Shown here: in pieces, positions 55,050 through 64,000 of the stretch | How positions within the stretch are numbered: position 1 is the first letter of the stretch | Layout of the letters: every line of letters starts with the position of its first letter | Source: Octopus vulgaris | Taxonomy: Eukaryota | Direction of reading: 5' to 3' | NCBI GenBank assembly: GCA_951406725.2 | Contig: OX597818.1 | Coordinates: forward strand, 77,810,001 to 77,874,000 | Length of the DNA stretch: 64,000 nucleotides | Made by a program: the position numbers and the translations under genes | Notes under the pieces: generated by a model | The model's input: the letters and a program-made list of their open reading frames with translations, nothing else | Databases searched by the model: none | What the model was told of the DNA's origin: nothing

Positions 55050-55852
55050 ACGAGCATAATATCACCGGAGGAAAAAATGATGTACCTTTGGATGGAATCC
55101 GGTTTGGAAGTTGTTTTCCGTAAGCGATTCGAGGACCTTCTGCGATTCGCTCTTTATCTCGACAAAGATGTTAAAACCGCTACCTTTGTGCTGCATTTAC
55201 ATCTTGAGGAAGAGATGGAAGTCTGCAGGTGTTAAATCTGGCGAATAGGGTGGGTGCCAAAGCGATACCATTTTGTTTTTGGCGAGAAACTCACGAGTGA
55301 GGAGAGCTCGGTGATAAGGTGCATTGTCGTCGTGAAAAATCCCATTCTTCACGCTTCACAGATCCAGTCGCTTTCGCCGAATGTCCCCTATCAAACACTT
55401 CAAAACGTTGTTGATTGTCCTTCGACGACCCTCATGTATAAGTTGATGAATTTTCTTTACATTTTCGGGAGTGACGTTCGTGGCAGGTCTTCGAGATCGC
55501 GCATCGTCTTCCAGGGAATGTTCTTCTGCATTTCAAGCGCCCGTGCCACTCGAAACATTGCACACGGCCCGTTGCCTCCCCGCTGTAAGCTTCCCGAAGC
55601 ATGTTCACTGTCTCTGTAGCAGACTTCCCAAATTTCACGCAAAATTTCATGTAGGCTCTTTGTTCCAACTTACCGTCCGTGTCAAAAATAACAGATTAGA
55701 GCATACAAGTGATCACAAAAACACAAGTTTCACAACTTGCAAAATGTCACTCGGCACATTGCTTCATGAAGGTCACTGTGAACGCACGCGTGTACTGCCT
55801 TCTGTTGGTGCGTTACAAAACTGACCCGTGAACTTTTTGATGCAACCTTGTA
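55050..55852 (-). mobile_element. mariner transposon, internally deleted
   Basis: EQRAYMKFCVKFGKSATETVNMLREAY...QCFEWH (N-terminal HTH), IFHDDNAP and HPPYSPDLTPADFHLF motifs; terminus TAcaaggttgcatcaaaaagtt. Confidence 0.92.
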
Positions 55853-55858
55853 TGTAAT

Positions 55859-56000
55859 ACTAGCAGTATAACCCGGCCTTGCCTGGGATTAAGTTACGAT
55901 TATCAAGCTAATCAAATTCTTTATTTCAAAGCAAACCAAGTAATATATACGTCAAATCTGGGCGAAATCCGTTGAAATTAGTTATTTCATATATATATAT
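55859..56000 (-). mobile_element. Helitron-like 3' terminus
   Basis: Minus strand reads cccaggcaaggccggg (imperfect hairpin), about 8 nt, then CTAG|T. Confidence 0.6.
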
Positions 56001-56345
56001 ATTATATGTATAAAATATAATATAAATATATATGGGCAACAGACACGAACACACATACACACACGTACGTGCGTACACCTATTGCATGTTTTGTGCACGC
56101 ATACATGTTCATAAACAGAAATAAATGGAAAAAATGTTGTTAAATTTGTAGATTAACACTCGCACGATTTTCACTAAAGTATATATACAATGTTTCAATA
56201 TATTTCATCTACCAAATCCACTCACAAGGCTTTGGTCTGCCCGAGGCTATAGCAGAAGACACTTGCCCAGGGTGCCATGCAGTGGGAATGAACCCGGAAC
56301 TATGTGGTTGGTAAGTAAGACACTTACCACACTGCTACTCCTGCG

Positions 56346-56478
<133 letters not shown>

Positions 56479-56805
56479 TGTAAGTTCAAGACCTTTCATC
56501 GGATCTCCAGGAATCGAACTTATCTGTAATTCTTGTAAATTTCAATAACAATCTGTTCCTCTACACGATATGACAGTCACTTTGCTTCTTACTCGGATTC
56601 TCAGAAATTTCGCATGACTGTATCCAAAATTTCTTCACATAACTTGATTAACACTTCACTATGAGCTATATATGGACATGCACAAATTCTGTAAGTTCAA
56701 GACCTTTCATCGGATCTCCAGGAATCGAACTTTCTTCAATGCAGTTAAACTCACACCCTCATTTGTATCTACCCCTTTTGATGTTTGGGAATCTCTGATG
56801 TTTTT

Positions 56806-56889
56806 TCGGCTGACGAGTACGAGCCATCTATATTTACTGCATTTTTTGTAGCTTATTAAAGATGTCCTCGTACGAAACAATTGTACCGA
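56806..56889 (+). ncRNA. Type I hammerhead ribozyme, intact core
   Basis: Stem I tcgg/ccga; CTGACGA at 56810-56816; stem II gtacgag/ctcgtac; GAAA at 56874-56877; palindromic stem III ACAATTGT; GUA cleavage predicted after 56885. Confidence 0.85.
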
Positions 56890-56917
56890 TATTTTAATCC
56901 ATTCTTGTTGCTTTTTT

Positions 56918-56972
<55 letters not shown>

Positions 56973-58329
56973 TTAATATAAATCAGGATAAAATTATATT
57001 AATGATAATATCAAGTGACCAGCATGAGATAAAACCTAGGTAAATTATATGCTTAAATTAATAATTATATATATATAAATATATAATTATATTAAAGAGA
57101 TCAGGAAATAAACTTCTCCAACATGCTAAAAGAAGACGCCAAAGGTGCTAAAAAGCCATTGTTATATCTCCTACAAAAACATGACTTGTAAGCAAGCAAA
57201 TGAAAAATATAAAATAAAAATTCACAGTAAATTGTGCACTGGGTCCAATTTGGGGATTAAAGCAGTAAAATAGCTTATTTCCCATCTTCAGCACTATATT
57301 CAAAGAAAAGTAATCACAGATATCTATACATACTTATACGAAGCAAAGACGTACGTCCATATACAAATATTCGTGCTTATGCATCAGATAAAGTCAAATT
57401 TTTACTTTTATTTCAGCCGCGTGTTTTTAACCGAAATATATTGAAGCTGAAAAACTTCATAAACTGTACCCAGAATTTCACGCAAGCGATCATTTGACAG
57501 CCATGTGTTTTAAGCAGGGTTAATAAGTCAGCACTTAGAGTCTTCTAAGTGCCAACTTTAGATAAATAAGTTAGTATTTAGAGCTTTAATGTAATGTAAG
57601 GTTGGTGGGCTGCTAGATAATTTATCCTGGGCGGAGATTAAGTCGTTTACTTCTTTGTTATTTATTTTATATATATTTATATTATATTTTCAGATTCTGC
57701 TGGAGAGAAGCATTATGTATGCAAGGTTAACAATCCCTTAAAGATTCTTTGTTTATTAAAGGAAACATGTATTTCAGAGTTACTGAAATAGCTCAGGTCT
57801 TATGTAATGTGTTTCGAAACTTTAGAATAAATTTCTAAAAATTTATCTTTATCATCATGTTAAGAAGACCTACTTTAAATGTTTCTACCATTTTGTTCGA
57901 CTTTGGCTGTTTCGCGTTCTGAATCTATATTTGTTGTTCCCAGAGTCTTCATAGTTTTCATTTTGGAGGAAGTAATGACTACTAGCGTATGTGTATTGTG
58001 AGACGTTTCTTTTTTATGTATAGCGTTTCTGGTGGAATCGAGATATTCTACGCAGTCGTTTGTTTCCAGATAGTACTATTTAGTTAATGAGCATTATACA
58101 GGTAACTGAAAAAGGAGAACTCAATACATAAAACAGTGTTTTCGTGTGGGTGCACATACATACGTACGTACACATACCCACTCACACACGTACACACACA
58201 CACATTCAATTAGGAATTAAAAGCAGCGCTATCGTTGTAAACATTATCGACTGCATATACTCAATGTATGTGTTTTGCATGTTTAATGGAAGGTTCTAAA
58301 ATATACTAAAATGAACAGTTAATGCTCAC

Positions 58330-58690
58330 ATTACTGGCACAACCAACATCCAACCCTGGAAATATAGCAGGTCAGCTGGGACGGCCTTAAAGCAACGCCT
58401 GTACAACCACGGGTCCTCTTTCAGGATTCTGGAAAGGTGTTTCGTCACATCCCTAGCCAACCACGAGTGGCGCCTCAGAGATGTAGGGAACCCATACGAT
58501 ATCAAGCGGAAGATTGTAGAGCGGTGGGGGACCCTACATTAACGGAAGCCTACGCTGAAAGCTTTGTATAGCCGAGTGAGCAAGGATACTCAAAGACTTC
58601 TTGAAACCTGGTTCACTGAATACTCGCCAGAAAATTTACTGTCTTCGCATCCATTTCAAAACACTACCTGCTTCAAGTATGGGAACTCCC
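58330..58690 (+). mobile_element. Penelope-like GIY-YIG endonuclease relic
   Basis: Translates KYSRSAGTALKQRLYNHGSSFR...TSLANHEWRLRDVGNPYDIKRKIVER, matching the PLE pattern FKxRxxNHxxSF...TxLSxxIWxLK..YxIxWxI. Confidence 0.75.
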
Positions 58691-58922
58691 GTTCGCTAAT
58701 TAGATTCGGAAAGGTCCCTCAAAAAACTGGTCTCAAGGAGATAATCCATCCTCACTGACTCCGGACTATTTATGCTTTGGTGACTAATTGTCCAAATGAC
58801 CGTAGCGGATACCTGCCTCTCAGACGCGAAGAATTACATTTGTCTTCGACTAAGGCCTATGTGGACGCAAAACCATTGGTCACTCTATGACCGGACATAC
58901 ACTCAACTACATATAAATAAAT

Positions 58923-59002
<80 letters not shown>

Positions 59003-59050
59003 ATGAATTTGTTTTGCGAGATTCCCGATGTGAAATCCTGTGTTGAAACA

Positions 59051-59327
59051 GATATTGTTATATTTCGGGATGGTCACTTTTTTCCTTGCCAAATAAACAC
59101 GTACTATATATTAGTTCTTCACTCGTTTATTATCGTTTCATATTTTATCTTATATTCATTGTCTTGAAATCTTTCGTCGCATATCTATGACCTCTTCCGC
59201 GACCATGATGTGTGACGAAAAATTATCCAGACAATGGACATACGATAAAATAAGAACAATTATAAACGAATGAAGAGCGAATATATAAGTACATGTGTTT
59301 ATTTAGCAAGAAAAAAAAAAGTAATAT

Positions 59328-59335
<8 letters not shown>
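59051..59335. repeat. Imperfect inverted repeat (PLE pLTR pair), arms of about 125 bp
   Basis: atattgttatatt...aaataaacac.tac...cattgtct...tttcgtcgcata pairs with its reverse complement at about 59209-59335. A decayed hammerhead-like CGGAAGA-ggtca..gac-GAAA lies on the minus strand. Confidence 0.75.
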
Positions 59336-59370
<35 letters not shown>

Positions 59371-59374
<4 letters not shown>

Positions 59375-59674
59375 ATAGGAAAGAATGGAGCTGAACGAAG
59401 ATTTAACAAAATTCCTTTATTTTATTTTCGACATACGTTTCGAAGTCCCTAATTCCGAATGAATAAGGAGTCCATTATGCAGCTTTCTCTTCAGGAAAAC
59501 TTGTTGTGCATTTTGTTGGAGAATTAAGTTCCTGGATTTTCCTGAAGAGAAAGCTGCATAATGGACTCCTTATTCATTCGGAATTAGGGACTTTACAGAC
59601 TTCGAAACATATGTCGAAAATAAAATAAAGGAATTTTGTTAAATCTTCGTTCAGCTCCATTCTTTCCTATACTT
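59371..59674. repeat. Near-perfect inverted repeat with opposing hammerhead ribozymes
   Basis: Arms 59371-59499 and 59537-59674 with a 37-nt spacer; they differ by one substitution and a 9-nt indel. Confidence 0.95.
59536..59621 (+). ncRNA. Type I hammerhead ribozyme; mirror copy on the minus strand at about 59414-59499
   Basis: Stem I attttc/gaaaat; CTGAAGA at 59542-59548; stem II gaa..ctg../..cag.cttc; GAAA at 59604-59607; palindromic stem III ACATATGT; GUC cleavage after 59615. Confidence 0.8.
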
Positions 59675-59823
59675 AATATATTAAACTTCAAATTTCCGCA
59701 CTAAGGCACGGATTTTATGCCCTATGGTCGTAACTTCAACCGTGCTTTTTCTGTTGTGAGTTTGCTACCCAGGTATCGGTTATCTTTCGAATTATCCGTA
59801 ATAAGATAATTCATTTGTCTACT

Positions 59824-59854
<31 letters not shown>

Positions 59855-60070
59855 ACATAAACTTAATTTCATACAAGTACGCATACACACATCGGCATAA
59901 ATAATAAGTGCATGCCTACTAACGTGCGCATATGCATTGTTATATGTACAAATACACACACGCTCACACACACACACGCACACACACACACACACACTCA
60001 CTCACACACACGCATCAGAATGCACTTACTTGCACATAAACGTCCGCACACACATACATACTCATAAACA

Positions 60071-60110
<40 letters not shown>

Positions 60111-60204
60111 TCCTACAGTCATTTATAAACGTACGCTACACGAACATATATACACATACAGATATACACGCAGTCATACACATGCTTACACAGAGATACA
60201 CACA

Positions 60205-60237
<33 letters not shown>

Positions 60238-60470
60238 GAATGCACACATACATATGAACATGTACATCCAAACATGCCTATGATATGCTCATATACACTC
60301 CTATACGCAAGCGTGCAAGAGTCTTTATTGACATAAATGAGCCGTACAATTAACAAAGCACACAAGTTTAGGTGCGGTTTGATTGTTAACAAGGTGTAGG
60401 TGTGTAACTGAGAATTTAGTTAAGAAATGTGATGTAGATATGAACTATCTATCTATCTATCTATCTATCT

Positions 60471-60522
<52 letters not shown>

Positions 60523-60808
60523 AATAATAGCGGAAGATACATACATCCATACACGCTTATACACATACAACACATATTTATATACGTGCGATGACACACA
60601 TGAACATATATGCGTGTGTGTATAATATGAAGCACATAGACACCCAGGCATACGTGTATATTCGTTTGTACATGTTTACATGTGAACATACATTTATGCA
60701 TATGTGCATACATGTGCATGGATATACATTTAGATATGCAAATTATGCATACACAAATTTGTACGCTTATATACATATGCACGTATAAATAAAATCATGC
60801 ATACACCA

Positions 60809-60844
<36 letters not shown>

Positions 60845-60958
60845 ATGTATCACTTCCTGTATCGACCAGACTATCGGATCTTGTTATGCATCGCTGGTTA
60901 CAATGCACTTCGTTGCATTGTTTTAGCTTTCGAATGACACCAGCCTGCTGGTTAAACA

Positions 60959-61013
<55 letters not shown>

Positions 61014-61422
61014 CAAAATGAACAAGAACATAAAACATCCGGACAGTTAGGTGATACAAAAATGGGACAACAAAACATCCAGATAGATAATACAAAGAAA
61101 ACAAAGACGGACCATTCGAAGTTTTCTTTCGTCAGTCGAGTACAAGATTATCTTCGCAATTTCGGCTGATTATACTTGAGATTGCTCCAATCTGGCCAGC
61201 CCCAAGGAAAAACAAAGCTAAGAGCATTAGATTCCCTGGAAGAAAGCAGCGAATGTATACAAAAACAAGGACGGAAAAAACGGACAAATACAATAAAAAT
61301 AATAACAGGACATAACAACAGTGTCTTTCGACTAAGGGCGAATTAAATTAAGCTGGCGTGTGTGGAAATGAAACCTTACTGGAGGAAGACAAGATTTCAC
61401 AAACACTGGGAGGAATATCTAA

Positions 61423-61506
<84 letters not shown>

Positions 61507-61699
61507 ACATACATACATACATACATACATACATACATACTCACACACATACGCATATATATATATGCATATATACATATATAAGGAAAACACACACTTT
61601 ATACGCGTGTGTGAGCAAAAATAAATCAAAACAGGGCAAATTTTGTAGACACTTTCACTGATATTTATTGAAAAATCCCCATATAATCTATTGTCTAAA

Positions 61700-62045
61700 G
61701 CAGTTTACTTTATGCACTTTGTTACGTCCTTGTAAGATGGTTATATTTTAGCAGTATTTAACAAAGTAGCGGCATTTTGTAAAGAGCTCTGGAGTTGTTT
61801 CTAAGTGATTTGCAGGATTGTTAATCATTTCCATAAAGCGCTTCTTTTCTCCTATCTAAGTGATTTGCAGGATTGCAATCACTCTGAGTGGTTTGAATCG
61901 CTCTAGTATCTTCCGCTTGAGATCGAAATTCGGGTCTGGTTTTTCAAATTCTATGTAGCTGTAGTCTTCTATTTCTGTGTGTTTGACGAAGATATGTGGC
62001 TCATGTAAATTTAAACGCTGTTTAAATTTAGTATCAGTTATGTTC
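61700..62045 (-). mobile_element. Penelope-like GIY-YIG C-terminal relic
   Basis: Minus translation TDTKFKQRLNLH...FDLKRKILERFKP...EK and LETTPELFTKCRYFVKY (compare LNKRSELxxKCRHxNKY); internal 20-bp duplication at 61801 and 61856. Confidence 0.65.
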
Positions 62046-62199
62046 TGCTGAATCGATCATATATAAGCGATCATATATAAAGCAGGAGCCACCAACACCA
62101 AACTGATCCTTAATATAGTGCATAAGCACTTTATAGTAGGAAGTAAAGTAAATTTAAACAAAAGAAAAACCTCAGTTTTTATCAACATGAAAACTTAAT

Positions 62200-62964
62200 T
62201 AATGCAGGACCGGTTTCTAACTCTTCAAATACGTTTGACAACGTAAGTTTGATTAGTCTTCATCAGCTGCATTTACCTAGACAAAATTTCAAATGTTGCC
62301 ACATCAATGCCAGTACACTCGTCTGAACGCCAAAACATTAACAGAACAAGAACAGTGAAGAAGTTTCAATGAAAATAATAATGCAATACAAATGTATTAC
62401 TTTCCAGTAAATGATAGCCCCATAAGGGTAAAATTATACATATAAAAGTAGATAAATGGTACAATAAGGCACCAATATTTACTGGAAAATAGCAATCGAT
62501 ATAAATACGACGCTATTGTATAGCTTCACTACGTATATACAAGCAAAAACGTGTGTGCAACAAACATGAAAAGAATTTGTCTTAGCTCTAGGAAGAACAT
62601 TCGATAAATGGATATCTTTGCTTGTATATACGTAGTGAAGCTATACAATAGCGTCGTATTTATATCGATTGCTATTTTCCAGTAAATATTGGTGCCTTGT
62701 TGTACCATTTATCTACTTTTATATGTATAATTTTACCCTTATGGGGCTATCCTTTACTAGAAAGTAATACATTTGTATTGCATTATTATTTTCATTGAAA
62801 CTTCTTCACTGTTCTTGTTCTGTTAATGTTTTGACGTTCAGACGAGTGTACTGGCATTGATGTGGCAACATTTGAAATTTTGTCTAGGTAAATGCAGCTG
62901 ATGAAGACTAATCAAATTTACGTTGTCAAACGTATTTGAAGAATTAGAAACCGGTCCTGCATTA
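62200..62964. repeat. Long inverted repeat, 348-bp arms at about 98% identity, each ending in a hammerhead
   Basis: Arms 62200-62547 and 62617-62964; about 6 mismatches counted by eye; 69-nt spacer. Confidence 0.97.
62891..62963 (+). ncRNA. Type I hammerhead ribozyme; mirror copy on the minus strand at 62201-62273
   Basis: Stem I aatgcag/ctgcatt; CTGATGA at 62898-62904; an extra AGAC, then stem II taat-caaatttacgtt/aacgtatttg-atta; GAAA at 62947-62950; palindromic stem III ACCGGT; GUC cleavage after 62956. Confidence 0.82.
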
Positions 62965-63102
62965 TCCGATTCTAGGTTGTCCATTTATCGAATGTTCTTC
63001 CTAGAGGTAAAACAAATTTTTTTCATGTTTGTTGCATGACTGTAGCAAAATGACTAAAACAAGTGAAAGATAAAAGGTGTTATTTATAAAATCAAATTAG
63101 TT

Positions 63103-63316
63103 TGGCGAGCTGGCAGAATCATTAGCATACGGGGTAAAATGCTTAGCGGTATTTCGTCCGTCTTAACGTTCTGAATTCAAATGTCACTGAGGTCGACTTT
63201 GCCTTTCATCCTTTCGGGATCGATAAAATAAATACCAGTTGAGCACTGATGGATCGATTTTATCGACTTAATCTCGGCTCCGATCTTGCTGGCCTTGTGC
63301 CAAAAATTGAAACCAA
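63103..63316 (+). mobile_element. tRNA-derived SINE, family B
   Basis: Matches 17752-17962 and 53424-53640. Confidence 0.85.
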
Positions 63317-64000
63317 TATTTATAAAATCAAACACGACAAAGGAAAGCAACAATAATAAACTGCAATTAGTTTGTTTTCTGTTATTCTTACTCATTTTTC
63401 ACGACTTCCACCTAGTATAGGGTTTGGCCATGTTGGAGCATAGCTACCGAAAGAATAAAAATAAGAAAAAGGATAAGAATAAGAACAAATCTCACTACAG
63501 TCAATATCTTCAAAACATTTAATGACATTTAAATCCATCGTTATCTTGAGAATAACAACAACAGTAAATACTTCGACATCAACTACAGTAATAATGACAT
63601 CATCAACATCATCATCATCATCATCATCATCGTCATCATCATCATCTGAATAAAATGTCTTTCATAAAATTCGTAAACGTTGAAATTATTTTTTCAATGG
63701 TATTTAGAAACGATTGCAAAATGCGTGTACATCCGTGGTAATGTGTCTGTTTATAGTGTTTTATAAAAACTGGGCACATTCTGTAATTAATTTAGTTATA
63801 TTTCGTTCTGTTGTGCTTTCCTTTCCAAAATGTATGTTTGGTTTTCATTTTCCGCGTTTTTCATAAAATAATTACCAGGTGAATAACATTTGGGTTGATC
63901 TAATCAGTCACACATATCAGCAACTTCTGAAGCATTCTACCTCCGTTTGAAATCAACAGTTTTTAAAACTTTTATTTTATCTTTTGGTTCACGATATGCT

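Noticed and set aside
58330-58690. Selenocysteine-recoded (Naiad-type) Penelope ORF
   Set aside because: The fragment is too decayed, its interruptions are not consistently TGA, and no SECIS can be supported.

Overview
AT-rich, microsatellite- and repeat-dense animal genomic DNA. The SINE, RTE and Penelope repertoire suggests an octopus or other coleoid cephalopod, which is an inference. The only host protein-coding sequence I can support is three phase-consistent + strand exons (21432-21566, 22558-22735, 25449-25723) of an out-at-first (OAF) homolog. Its signal-peptide exon is not visible and probably lies upstream of the window. The rest is mostly transposable-element debris: tRNA-derived SINEs of at least three families, a 3 kb 5'-truncated RTE LINE, older RTE fragments, mariner and maT transposase relics, several MITEs, Helitron-like ends and many Penelope-like (PLE) fragments. 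The most notable hidden layer is a set of minimal type I hammerhead ribozymes. Well-formed cores lie at 56806-56889, 59536-59621 and 62891-62963, and decayed copies occur elsewhere. Several sit in long inverted repeats that place a ribozyme on each strand, including a 348-bp-arm palindrome with a circularly permuted junction (62200-63036). One PLE carries a tRNA-like Pol III head just upstream of its ribozyme. A sharp CpG-depleted to CpG-retained boundary lies near 50.7 kb. Nearly all ORFs in the supplied track are microsatellite or repeat artefacts. Repeat boundaries are approximate and were read by eye.
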